From Dicyema japonicum (Eukaryota > Animalia > Dicyemida), in contig RDEW01000009.1 of the NCBI GenBank assembly GCA_011109175.1, positions 1,506,950-1,570,949 on the forward strand: a stretch of 64,000 nt of DNA, in the 5' to 3' direction. The notes beneath the pieces are model-generated. The model was given only the letters and a program-made list of their open reading frames with translations, was not told the origin of the DNA and made no database searches. The position numbers and the translations under genes were made by a program. Below, one piece after another: positions 52,324 through 63,990 of the stretch. The stretch's first letter is position 1. Every line of letters starts with the position of its first letter.

Positions 52324-53427
52324 ATGTCTGATGTTGATGACTATGTACTCTACAGCGATAAACCAGAATGGAATGATGTAAAGCCAATTCCAATTGTCAG
52401 AGATGATGAATTTTTTAAAATAGATTACTCCTCACAATGTTCGTTGTCTTTTATACTTCTAGTCATTGATCTCATTGGATACTTTCGAGCCATTTCCTTG
52501 GCCAATGAAATGAGTAAGAGAGCACTGGAGCTGACTTCTGACATTCTTTACCTGAATATTGCCAACTATACAGTATGGTAGAACTAATACTAACTGAAGG
52601 CATTATCGACGACGTCTCTTGGTTGCTCTGCAAAGCGATTTACACAGAGAACGTGAATTTGTTTCTTGGCTGATGTTCCCTGATAATACAAAGAATTACC
52701 AAAGTTGGTACCATAGACAGTGGATGGTGGAACAGGACGAAAATATGATTGATTTGGAGATGGAGACAACTGAAAGGACTATCATTCAAGAATCAAGAAA
52801 TCTACATGCCTGGCAGTACAGGTTGACATTTTTGCTCTAAATTAGGCTATGGTTGCTAAAGAAGGCTGGAAAGATGAATTATTCAAACAAAAATGAACTC
52901 GACTTTACGAAAGCTCTAATTGACAGCGACTGTAGGAACAATTCTGCCTGGAATCACCGATTTCAGTTGATATTTCCTTCGAACGAGCCATTTGTGGAGG
53001 ATCGTGTCGGAGAAGAAGTCGAGTTAGTCCAGTCAGTGTTAATTTACCTTAGTTTTGCTCGAAGATATATTCAAATGATGCCCAATAACGAAAGCCCATG
53101 GAGTTACTTAACTGGGTTTTATTTATTTGATCATTTCAAGAATTGCCATTACGTGCGGGGGATTCAACAAGGCCTCCTACTTGGTTGGCATGTTACGTGG
53201 AATTGAGGATGATGGAATCAAAAAGTGTCCCTACTATTTGTCAACTATGGCTGACTGTGCAGAAGATTTTGCTGCTGTGGGAGTTGACTATGAAAATAAC
53301 GTAAACATGGCGGTGAATGTATGAGGATTGCTTATCGTAGTTGCTCACACAGCTCGTCGTTGTGGACCCTATTCGAGCTGAATACTGGAGGTCAGAATCT
53401 AAGAGAGTTGGTCGTCTATCCAAATAG
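52324..53427 (+). CDS. FNTA: Protein farnesyltransferase/GGTase-I alpha subunit
   Basis: EWNDVKPIP, YFRA, ANYTVW, KNYQSWYHRQW, RNNSAWNHR, NESPWSYL, DPIRAEYW; 22-30 nt introns. Confidence 0.9.
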
Positions 53428-53430
53428 TCA

Positions 53431-54196
53431 TTAATAAAACTGAAATGATTTATCTTTTGAGTAATAAGGACACAGTTCTGTTATGCTGCATTTATTACAT
53501 TTTGGCTTAGCCGAACAGATTGTCTGACCGAAACCAACGAGGGCGACGTTTATTTCAGACCAATACTCTCTGCCATTAATACAAAACAACCTGGGGATCT
53601 TCTGTTCGAGGATTTTACATGTTTGGTTAGGGTACTTTGTCGTTTTGTCGCCAACCCATTTGAGTCTGTTAGCTATTCTGTGGACATGAGTGTCCACCGC
53701 TATTCCCTCTGACCTGTCCCACGCTATATTCATCACCAGATTTGCAATTTTGGTCCCCACACCTTAGGTTATAAGTTTTACTTACCAGGAAGGTTGCAAA
53801 GTTCACTGATCGAACTGGGGATATCTCCATTCAGTTCATTCATAATAATTGAGGTTGTTTTAAGGATGTATTCAGCTTTTTTCTAAAAATTAAGTAAATC
53901 ACTGCCTTTGCAAACCCAACTGGGTGGATAATACTGTACAGAGCTTCCTTAGTTAATTTAGCCACATTTTCGGGGTTACAAAGGCGAGTGTGCTTTTTTA
54001 GTCTGCTCATGGCTTGGGATGTGATCTCGTCCTTAGTTTGGCTGGATAACATGGCTCCAATAAGCGTTTGATAACGAAAGTCTGAAGAAGAGACAGATTT
54101 ATCGGCCAGCATATGACAACCCATTAAATCAACGGGGGTTGTTTTGTCCATGCGCATTCGCTGGATTCCTTGGAACTGCTGTAACCAGAGATCCAT
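53431..54196 (-). CDS. NTHL1: Endonuclease III-like DNA glycosylase
   Basis: LSSQTKD, HhH LPGVGTKIA, AVDTHVHRI, C-X6-C-X2-C-X5-C Fe-S motif. Confidence 0.93.
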
Positions 54197-54255
54197 TCAC
54201 ATGAAATAATTTTTATTAATAATTTAAAATAAATATAAATTATTGTTTCCAAGGA
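54197..54255. promoter_or_regulatory. 59-bp AT-rich putative bidirectional promoter
   Basis: Only sequence between the divergent ATGs of NTHL1 and the IQCG-like gene. Confidence 0.55.
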
Positions 54256-55290
54256 ATGCAAGGAGTTGAATGTTTAGATATTTATATTTCATCATCAATC
54301 GAGGATGCCGTAAATCAGCTGAAAATACTGGGGACCAGTGACTTCTTTAAGCTTAAAAGAAATAAATTTCTATCTAAAGTATCTATAGATTGAGGGTTTT
54401 AGCAATTGAATGAGGATATAAACAATATTTTGACAAACCACCAAGACCTGTTCGATAAATACAAGGATATAATCCAGGATTCTGATACTTCGCTAACCAA
54501 AAGTCATTATAACCTTATAAAATAAGATAAAGTCAAAGCACATTTGCAAGTTTTTGAAACTGAGTTGAGAAACTGCATTGAGACTGTCGAAAACCTTAAA
54601 AAGACAAACAAAGACAGGTAAACTGAAGTTTATAAAAATAGAAAATTTATAGAATGCTTTCTAGAGGAACTGAAAAGCGAGGTGACTTCGTCCCAAACAT
54701 TTAGTACGCTTGAAATAGCCGTAGAGCAAGAAAAACTACAAAGAACACAGACAGTGGAATCTCTGGAAGAGTAACGATATTTTGCGTTTGTAGGCAAGCA
54801 ATAAATAAAAAAGAGATAAAGAGACTGACTAAAATAATATCAGAGTTTAAGAAGGAGAGGGAAAGCGAATAGCAGAATAAAAATAAAATAATAGCTCACT
54901 TGAAAGACAAAATGGAACTCAAAGCAGAGAGTTCAATGGAACAGGAAAAAATCGACAAGATTTGTAATTTAGAGGTGGCTAAGGCACATTCCCTGGCCAA
55001 TTTGAAAGAAAAAAATTATGTCGGAAATATTTAAGTAAAATTTGACTATAATATCAGCAAATTAGGCATAAAAGAGAAAATGAAGAAAGATGTAGCTGAG
55101 AAATTATAATTGTGTCTAAAGACAAATTGAAGTATTAGATTTGTGCTTATGATATGTTTTAAACCAAAAGAGCGAAAAATGAGTAACCAGGTATGACAGT
55201 CATGTCATGGAAAAGCAAAAATAACTCGATCAATTTAAAAATATGAAATTTTTAACAAAAAACAGCTGGAAAGACTAAAAATAATGGTAT
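54256..55290 (+). pseudogene. IQCG: IQCG/DRC9-like gene: intact 5' half, 3' half with premature stops
   Basis: IEDAVNQLKILG, QTFSTL..AVEQEK, IIAHLKD, RYDSHVMEKQK*LD resemble DRC9; stops at 54870, 55032, 55097, 55222. Confidence 0.65.
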
Positions 55291-55619
55291 TTGATCGATA
55301 GAGTTCAGTGTTACGACTACAGGCATATTATTGGATCTTATACATATGAGACCAACAAGACAGACTACGAACAGACGATGGATATGGACTTGAATACTGC
55401 AGCGCAAACGGTAAGTAGTCATGGTCTTCACTCTTGTAGATCCAGTCGTGGTTTAGAGGAGTCATTTTGAGACATGGGCTTGTTGCCGTAGGAAAAAAGA
55501 AGGTAAAAAGAAAGCCGCTAAATGATTTTGATAATGGAGACTAACAAAGATTTAACTCAATAATTTTAATTTATTTGGGAAATAGCGTGGTCATGAGATA
55601 CAACAGTTGTGGTGGCGCT

Positions 55620-55850
55620 CAGTGCAAGTTTTAAATGGAAAAGAACCGTTCGACATTCCCCACCCTACAACGACCTTCTCTCTTCACTTTTGGAAATAAG
55701 ACCTCTGTAGTTCCTCTCAATTCTATATCCCAGACCATCCGTGGTTTGTCTTATATCACTGGTCATCTACTGTGTCCTGCCCAAAAAACTAGTGGAATCT
55801 GTTTTGACGAGACTTGACCCTCGCTGAAAACGTGATCTTTCAGATTCGAG
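55620..55850 (-). mobile_element. RTE-like RT fragment
   Basis: FLGRTQ..SDI..RI..-like domain 6-7 remnant. Confidence 0.35.
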
Positions 55851-55894
55851 CTCACGACCTTGTCATCAGACGTTATGTTCAGCCAAGAACGCGA

Positions 55895-55906
55895 AAAAAT
55901 AAAAAA
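55895..55906 (-). terminator. Pol III oligo-T terminator
   Basis: TTTTTTATTTTTT immediately 3' of the tRNA on the minus strand. Confidence 0.7.
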
Positions 55907-55987
55907 CGCCGTGAGCAGGATTCGAACCTGCGCGGGTTACCCCAACAGATTTCAAGTCTGCCGCCTTAACCGCTCGGCCATCACGGC
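55907..55987 (-). tRNA. tRNA-Ser (anticodon TGA)
   Basis: GCCGTGA/TCACGGC acceptor stem, GCAGA-CT TGA AA-TCTGT anticodon arm, long variable arm, GGTTCGAATCC. Confidence 0.95.
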
Positions 55988-56162
55988 TCTTTTCTATTAA
56001 TGGCTGACATACTTAACTAACCCATACTACTTAAATAATTTATAGTTCGACCACGTTTTGGAAAAACAAAAACTCATGGGCAAAAATCGATTTTGTACAG
56101 GTTAGGCATTTTACTAGTAATATGAATTTTTTAGTAATGAACCCCCAAATGTGGTAGGTTCG

Positions 56163-58075
56163 ATTCTGGTTCCTGAAACTGTCTCATGGCTAATGTAGAT
56201 AGACGAGAATGATGGTATGAGAATTTTTACATTTTTTCATGTGAGTGGAGCATGACTTCCAGAACAAGATGGAGACTATTGGAATAACCATTCTACTTCA
56301 CCTTGGCATGAATTTGTTACTAATATCGTTTTTTCTGTTTTCGAATAAAATATTATTTTTTATTTAATCTTGAGAAAAATACGTAGAAGATGAAACGTAA
56401 AAATATTTATTTATTTAGAACCAAGAATTACCCACAAAACAAAGGAGAGTAAGAGCCGTCAGGTGATTCTGGCCTCCTTGAGCAGCTGCTTCATTTTTTT
56501 CGGTGTTCTCCCGAGTGTCGACACATTTCCGGTATGGACGAATGACTTTTTGAAGATTTAGAGGTTTTGGCAGAGCTTTCGTATTCCTCACGAGTTCCCC
56601 GAACAAGGTTGGTTTTAATATCGAGGAGGAAGATCTTTTTAGTATCTTTGTTACTGTCGGAGGGGTTTACTTTTTTAGGTTTGTGTGGGATATGTTAGTA
56701 CTTCATGCCTCGCAGCAGTATGATGGTAGTTTATATTTGTAGTAGAGATGATCTACTGTTGGGCGGAACCATCTCTTGTAGTATCCAAGTAGCGTTTTTT
56801 ACAAAGTTTAATTTTCGCTGGGAAGAGCAGATTATGTTGCTCATATGTTTGCTGAAGGTCATTAGTGGGTCAAATGTGACCCTCAGTATTTTGGTTGAAT
56901 TTGTGGAGTGGATTGTCATCCCATTTAGGGTCAATGAAGGCGCCGAATTAGTCAATCTTCTATTGAGAGTAAAGATCATAGAGCACGACTTTTTTAGGAC
57001 TTGTGAATAGTTGGTTCCTTGGAAGCCAATAGTTCAGGTTATCTAGTGAATCTTGTAAGCGGGTACCCGAAGTGTGGATGCACTGATCTCTTGTTTCCAG
57101 GATTCTATTCTGGTTCCTGAAACTGTCTCATGGCTAATGTAGATAGACGTGATGCTTGAAAAGAATGATGGTATGAGAATTTTTTAATTTCATTTTTTCA
57201 TGAGAGTGGAGCATGACTTCCAGAACAAGATGGGACTATTGGAATAACCATTCTCTACTTTACACTCGGCATGAATTTTGTTCTAATTTGTTACTAATAT
57301 CGTTTTTTTGTTTTCGAATAAAATATTATTTTTTATTTAATCTTGAGAAAAATACGCAGAAGATGGAACGTAAAATATTTATTTATTTAGAACCAAGAAT
57401 TACCCACAAAATAAAGGAGAGTAAGAGCCGTCAGGTGATTCTGGCCTCCTTGAGCAGCTGCTTCATCTTTTTCGGTGTTCCTCCCCGAGTGTCGACACAT
57501 TTCCGGTATGGACGAATGACTTTTTGGAGATTTAGAGGTTTTGGCAGAGCTTTCGTATTTTTCACGAGTTCCCCGAACAAGGTTGGTTTTAATATCGAGG
57601 AGGAAGATCTCTTTAGTATCTTTGTTACTGTCTGAGGGGTTTACTTTTTTAGGTTTGTGTGGGATATGTTAGTACTTCATGCCGCGCAGCAGTAGCCGAT
57701 TGATGGTAGTTTATATTTGTAGTAGAGATGATCTACTGTTGGGCGGAACCATCTCTTGTAGTATCCAAGTAGCGTTTTTTACAAAGTTTAATTTTCGCTG
57801 GGAAGAGCAGATTATGTTGCTCACATGTTTGCTGAAGGTCATTAGTGGGTCAAATGTGACCCTCAGTATTTTGGTTGAATTTGTGGAGTGGATTGTCATC
57901 CCATTTAGGGTCAATGAAGGCGCCGAGTTAGTCAATCTTCTATTGGGAGTAAAGATCATAGAGCACGACTTTTTAGGACTTGTGAATAGTTGGTTCCTTG
58001 GAAGCCAATAGTTCAGGTTATCTAGTGAATCTTGTAAGCGGGTACCCGAAGTGTGGATGCACTGATCTCTTGTTC
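56163..58075. repeat. ~950-bp diverged tandem duplication
   Basis: attctggttcctgaaactgtctcatgg starts at ~56163 and ~57108; each unit has 240 bp of flank plus a LINE C 3' part; copies differ by substitutions and small indels. Confidence 0.85.
56405..57105 (-). mobile_element. LINE family C 3' fragment (duplicated copy)
   Basis: ILRVTFDPLMTFSKH; ends KEARIT*; (TAAA)n tail. Confidence 0.8.
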
Positions 58076-58560
58076 CCAGGATTAAATCGTTGGCGTAAGC
58101 AAAGAATAGGGCATCGTCGTCGCAACCGTATGAAGGAATGTCGCTCATGAATAGGTTGAAGAGAATTGGAGAGAGGAGATCCTTGCAGGACCCCGTTCGG
58201 CAGAAATTTAGTGACTGAAGATGTGGAATGGAAGATTACTTTTCCTGTTCGTCGTCCGTTGAGACTGCTAGCAAGCCAAATTTTTAGGCCTAATGGAAAA
58301 TTTAAAGAAATAGAACGTTCAGGCGATTGGTACCATTTGGATACTTGATTGAAGATTTCACTTCCTTCCCTCTGGTGGCATCATTGGATCAACCTTTCTC
58401 ACGAGACGCCTAATGCCTGGCTTGCATTTAAAAGAATCCATCTATTCATTCTTCCAGGAGACAATTTCGCTCCTGGAAGCGAGTTCTAGAATCGACCTCA
58501 ATACAACTCCCTATGATCACTGTGTTTGGGTGAGGGCTCTGCTGGAACGCGTCAGGATCA
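57380..58560 (-). mobile_element. LINE family C RT to 3' end
   Basis: NGVLQGSPLSP, FAYANDL, VTFDPLMTF; ends RIT*. Confidence 0.85.
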
Positions 58561-58794
58561 AGGATTAGTTGAATTTTAGCCTTGTTCTTTGGAATAATTT
58601 AATTAATTATATACTCTGTGTCAACAATAAAGAAATGTCAACTACTTACTCTCAATATTTACGAGTCTGGAATAATCTGGAACTCTGGTCTCAGATAACT
58701 GCAGTTAAGATGACAGAATAGTGCTGAAAACCGAGTTAATAACGATCCCTAAATGCTTGGTTCTTTTTGGTGCTTTCAATATTTAATTAATCTA

Positions 58795-59070
58795 TTAAGC
58801 CCGATTACACCACAAAGAAATTAATAGTTTACTACTAATTAAATGTACCCAGTTCCCACAGTCCAGAAGACGTCCCAATGTCACACAACTCCAATTCAAA
58901 ACTAACGGTAAGGGAAAAAATGTCCAATTCTTTCAGTTGAGGAAACACTTCCAATTAAGTGGGAGCGAGCAAATGATTCCTTTTCGAGCCACCCCAAAAC
59001 TGGATTTCACGTGATACAGGTGTGTCGCATTAAGTTACTCCAGTAGAACACAGGACGACTGGGGGTAAAG
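58795..59070 (-). mobile_element. LINE family B 3' fragment
   Basis: 3' UTR tttgtggtgtaatcgggctt; ends GTGYI*. Confidence 0.55.
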
Positions 59071-59089
59071 GAAAATGCTTAATAAATCA

Positions 59090-59650
59090 AAAATTCCTAT
59101 TTTAAGATTGACACCACTTTCAAGTAATTATCAAAAATCGTCAAATATAAATTTAAATAAAATCATTTTTAAAGGATTGGTGATAAAAAGGATTCCATAT
59201 TCCCTGTGTAGAAGAGTTCAATGTCCTCCAGCGTTTTCTAATGCGTTGCTGGGGAAAACCAGAGTTGGTAATAAGCATAGAAACCCACTGAGATATTTCA
59301 TTTCTATCTAAATGGGCAATTTCAATTCTCCTGGTATACCCAGATACTAAGAATAACATAAAACTATACAATATTCCCCACAAGAACTGGAGATCTGAAT
59401 CTACGTGGTGAAATGTAAATAACGATGCCTGGATTGCATTGAGCCAACGTATTGACATTATTTTCTACAAAGTCTCTGTTACTCAAATTTAGTACAAACC
59501 TTGCTCCGTGGCTATCAAAACCGGTTTTGCATAGTTTTATTACCAACCTTTGTAGTTGGCAAACGTACCTACCAACACCATTATGTAAGTTTGTCTCGAT
59601 GAATCTACTCGGCAATCCACGAGAAGTCATTGTTTTTAAATACAATTTAA
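59090..59650 (-). mobile_element. Possible Penelope-like element remnant (GIY-YIG region)
   Basis: GNIVYSFM..SGYT....NSGF resembles the VY.F.C..Y.G.T GIY-YIG motif; degenerate. Confidence 0.35.
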
Positions 59651-59699
59651 TTTTACTAAAAATACTTTAACAATTATTTTAAACAAAATATTACTCAGC

Positions 59700-60010
59700 C
59701 ATTTAGAATAGACTGAGAGACCTTCTAATATACGAGATCCACATTTTTAGTACAAAAGAAGGCTTTCAGAGTCACGGAGCGGTGGACTTGTGGAAGACAC
59801 AGAACCGGACCGACTACTCTGGAGGTCCTCAAAACTAAACTCCGGCATGGGGGATGGTGGCCTACAAATAAAGTCAGCCGCCCAGTACGAGCTTGTGAGG
59901 GCAAGAGGGAGGAGCACTGGGAAAGGATGAGGATTTTGGTGGAACGCATCGGATCACGTGATAGTTAGTTTTGGTTTTACTGTGGTCTTGGGTGTTAAAT
60001 AAATAAAATA
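59700..60010 (+). mobile_element. LINE family A 3' fragment
   Basis: Homologous to 6830-7090; ggatcacgtgatagttagttttggttttactgtggtcttgggtgtt(aaat)n. Confidence 0.85.
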
Positions 60011-60762
60011 AATTACTGCTTTTGAACATTAACGGAGTTAGAGGCAAGGCATCCGAACTGAGTTTATATTTGGAGAGAAATAAAATTGATATCTGCCTTT
60101 TACAAGAGACCAAGCTTTCTGGAATTCCACTACTCTTAAATTTACCGGTTTCAATGTATTGAGAGTCGATCGACAATCGGGCCGAGGTGGTGGACTAGTG
60201 ATCCTTGTCAGGAGAGGCATTATGTTCGATAAACACTCCTCCATATTCAGGAATCTGATAGAAGACGCAAACACAAAAGTTATTGGGAATTCGGTACAGA
60301 CCCTCTCTCGGAGCTATTATTATCGCTACGTCTATGTTCTCCCTCCAGGTTCTTGTGCAAAAGAAATTTCTATGGATTTGTCTGTTTCAGATATGATGGA
60401 AAACTTGTTGGTTTCCGGGGATTTTAATACCAAGCATTCTTCGTGGTATGAGAAACAACCTCCAGAAACAAAGGGATTTCATATTATTTCCCAATTAGAA
60501 AATTTGTCCATTATGAACTACCCAAATAGGAATACACAAACCCCATATAATAGCATGATTCGTTACATCACCAGATATTACGTTATGTTCACCACGGCTT
60601 GCTCCGCTTATATGCTGGTCGGTAAACTAATGGAAGATTACTCTTCCCTACGAAGCGACCACACTCCCATTCTGATCAAGATCAATTGTGCACCAATGAC
60701 GCGGTCAAAGCACATCATTTTTATGACTATATTAATGCTGACTGGACTGGATTCAGAAGATA
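60000..60762 (+). mobile_element. LINE APE endonuclease domain (continues at 62521 after the pogo insertion)
   Basis: LLLLNING, ICLLQETK, RGGGLVILV, SGDFN, SDHTPI. Confidence 0.85.
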
Positions 60763-62520
60763 CAGTAAACTCTCACAAATTTGCCATTTTTGGTTCCAGC
60801 ATTTTTTGCGGCAAATTTTAGAATTTAATCAAAAATTTTATGATAGTTATTGGGGAACTTCTCAACGATGAAAATAACTAAATTTGATTTTATTACAAAA
60901 AAATTATTTAAAAAGTGAACTGTTAAATTTTATCAAAATAAAATTCAATGATTTTGGGTTTTTTAATAATAATTCCCATTTGCTTCTATTTTATATTTCT
61001 AATATTTTCATTAAATCTTCTAATAGATTTAATTAGGACGAAAACTTTTCGTTTTCAACGTTCTCAAAAAGATCCATTTCAATTTCGCTTAAATTGATGC
61101 TATTTCATTCTTGTTTACGGGATTCACTTCAGTAGTTTCTTAGTGGATGAGTATCTCATTATCATCAATTAATGATGTTATTTCTTCTTTTTCATCTATT
61201 GCATTTTTTAGAATATTGTATAGACATAAATTCTTCGATTTCAATCGGATCGTGAATATCCGTATTGGATAATATTTCTTATGTTCACATTTACTAAAAG
61301 TGTGCTAATACCCGATTTTTTTAGAATTTTAAAACAATTTTTGATTGTTTTAGGGGATACATCTTCCCAGGCCATTTGTGTCTATTAAAGTGGACTTTGA
61401 TTGTTTTAATAATTCCGAAATCCATTGGCTGATATTTTCCAAATTCGATGGCAAGCAATAAGAAGACAATTATTTATAAAGAGCAAAATTGACTTCTCTG
61501 TGCTAAAAGGATATCAAATTTTATTATCCAATTAAAAAAAATCCGGTCATCCACGCTCTTTTGGAACTGTAATACGAAACAGAACACCGATAATTATATT
61601 TTTTGAGACACCTTGGCATTTTTGATTTTCCAATCAATAAAGGCTATAATTGGCATATAGTGGTTAGGTGTCGGGCTAAAGTGACTTAGGTTACGGATTT
61701 GATTCTCGCTTTCTGTTCACCTGGTGGAAGGTTCCACGCATCTACGATGCTAAAAGGGTTTGACGAGTGACGCCGTCATCAGTGGATACTCACTGCGGAA
61801 CTGGATTGTCTAGAAAAGACCCACACACAAGAAAAAGAAAAAAAAAGTGAAGATTATTCCTTGGTTCTACGATTAGTTAAAATTATCTGTTCTTTACTTA
61901 AATAAAGTATGTGTCCTGCCTATGCGGAGCTATAAATATTATGGCTCTCGTGAAAAGGCTTTAATTTATGATTTCCAGACATATTTGTGCACAACATCAC
62001 AGATGCTCTATATTTGAAGTTCTTGTATCCTCCGTTTATGCATCATTAAACAATGCACCTTAAAATTTAAAAATATTAAGAATACTTTTTTATTCTATCC
62101 ACTCAACAAGCTTTTCATCAAGTTGCGGGAACTTTAACTTTTTGACTGTTTTTGTTGAGGAATTTTTAGTTTTGAATTGTCACGACTCTTTAAGATAGCG
62201 TTAACTGTCCTCCAGCAAATGTTCACTTTAAAACAAAGGAAAATAGTCGGCAATTCTATAGCATGATAATAATTGGTTGTTGTCCTTATAACGCAATATT
62301 TCCACTTTTTGTTCGATAGTGAGTCTCGCATATTGACCACTATAATCACAACGAGGCATGATGCTCAAATAATGCTTTATTGTTTTAATTTTCATTAATT
62401 TTTTTTAAAAACTTTAAAAAATTATGGCAAATTTCGGAATTGGCAAAATTCCACTAAAATTAGAATATTTCTTTTAAAAATGGCAAATCTGAGAATTGGC
62501 AAATTTGAGAAAGTTTACTG
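60763..62520 (-). mobile_element. pogo/Tigger transposon with both TIRs and TA TSD
   Basis: CAGTAAACT(C/T)TC(A/T)CAAATTTGCCA at both ends, TA flanks; FPQLDEKL, SVMLCTNMSG..KLKP, QPMDFGIIK. Confidence 0.85.
61652..61953 (+). mobile_element. Full-length tRNA-derived SINE (302 bp) with 13-bp TSD
   Basis: GGCATATAGTGGTTAGG head, GATTTGATTCTCG B-box, core hairpins; aaaggct(a/t)taatt at 61639-61651 and 61954-61966 splits pogo KLKP|LLIGK. Confidence 0.8.
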
Positions 62521-63990
62521 TACGTGGATTCGTCCCTATTGAATTCAATCCGAATAATTTCAACTCAATTGATAAAGCAGTCTGTCACTTTAATAAGGTG
62601 ATTCTAAAAGGGAGCAAACTATTTGTCATAAAAGAAATCTTAAAACTCACCAAGAAGAAATATGATGCTAGCACAATCCAATTAGTAAAAGAAAGGAATT
62701 GTCTCAAACGTAAAAAGCACCTAACAAAACATGATACTAACAGAATCCGTGCGCTAACATAAAAATCAACGAAAAGACAAACTTCTCCAAAAACAAAACT
62801 GGGCCGAATTTCTAGTGCTATGAAAGAAAATAGTTCACTTACCAAGATGTGGAGGATGCTGTGAAATGTCAAAAACGCTGAAAACAATATCGAGGGAGAC
62901 CGTGAACAGGAGATGGTCTGAATAAATTTATCAACACATTGTGTGAAAATAAGCCACAAACCATTTCAAAGATGGATATTCCTCCACACAAAAAAACCAA
63001 ACCGAAAAGAGGCATCCAACAATGTATGTTCTACCGGGAGATGTCGCTTTGGAGATCTATCGAACAAGAAACCGGACGGGATCCCGGTTATTCTGTTGAA
63101 AAAGATGGGCACAGTAGGGTATCAGCACTAACATGCATCTTCAACTACTCAATCAACTTCAACTATATTTCCGCTATTTGGAAACTTTTGAATATTCATC
63201 CAATACTGAAGCCTGGGAAACCAAGGGAGTACCCGGCTTCTTACAGGCCTTTGTCGCTCTTGTGCGTCCAGACAAGAATCCTAGAAAGATTGATTATGAC
63301 ACTCACACGACATTCCTTCCGAGATGCCAGATTTCAGCATGGTTTCAAAAAGGGACGATCAACTATCATATACCTAAATACATTACAGAAGTTCATAACA
63401 GATGGTCTTAACAAAAGATCAGGACAGAAAAAGACGATTGTATGGTCAATTGATATCAAGAATGCTTTTGATTCGGTTTCGAGAAAGATTATCACGCACA
63501 AAATATATTCGTGAACATTGACGCAAACATGAATTATGGTTGGGAAATTTCTTGAGTGGTCGACGAGGACGAGTACACTATGGCAATCGATGTTCCGTAT
63601 CGAGACTATTAGCAAATAACGTTACCCAGGGGTCTGCATTATCTCCCCTCTCGTTTAACCTCATGATGATGTGAGTATTATCGAAGCAACGAGAAGAGTA
63701 CAGGACAATCTGAATAAACTAAGTCTATGGCTTTGGGAAAATCAATTGACTGCTAACCCGGAGAAGTCAGTGTTGACTCTATTCACGACAAACATAAGAC
63801 TAAGGAAAGTATCAATTGACGTCACACTAGATGAGAAGAATATCCCGCAAAACAAATACCAGAAAATCCTGGGAGTTACCTTTGACACCTTCTTAACCTT
63901 TACAAAACATGTTGAAAATATGCTATTGACATGTACGAAAAAAATCAAAAGCCCAGAAACCTAGAAAATATGATAGAGGCGACTGGAAAA
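62521..63990 (+). mobile_element. LINE linker and RT (A-like), frameshifted
   Basis: PILKPGK, SYRPLSLLC, QHGFKKGRST, DIKNAFDS, LGVTFD. Confidence 0.85.

Noticed and set aside
34503-54700. NMD-driven rule that 3n introns carry in-frame stops
   Set aside because: Several do (AP3S, DNM1L, IQCG, one FNTA), but stopless 21-, 24- and 30-nt introns occur in NTHL1 and FNTA, and AT-rich introns contain stops by chance.
54870-55224. Stop-codon reassignment (TAA=Glu/Gln) suggested by the IQCG-like gene
   Set aside because: TAA, TAG and TGA all terminate intact genes here. DNM1L, Orai and FNTA have no in-frame stops, and the IQCG stops align to different residues.
55907-55987. Selenocysteine or suppressor tRNA
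   Set aside because: The anticodon is TGA (reads UCA, Ser), not TCA, and the arms are standard for tRNA-Ser.
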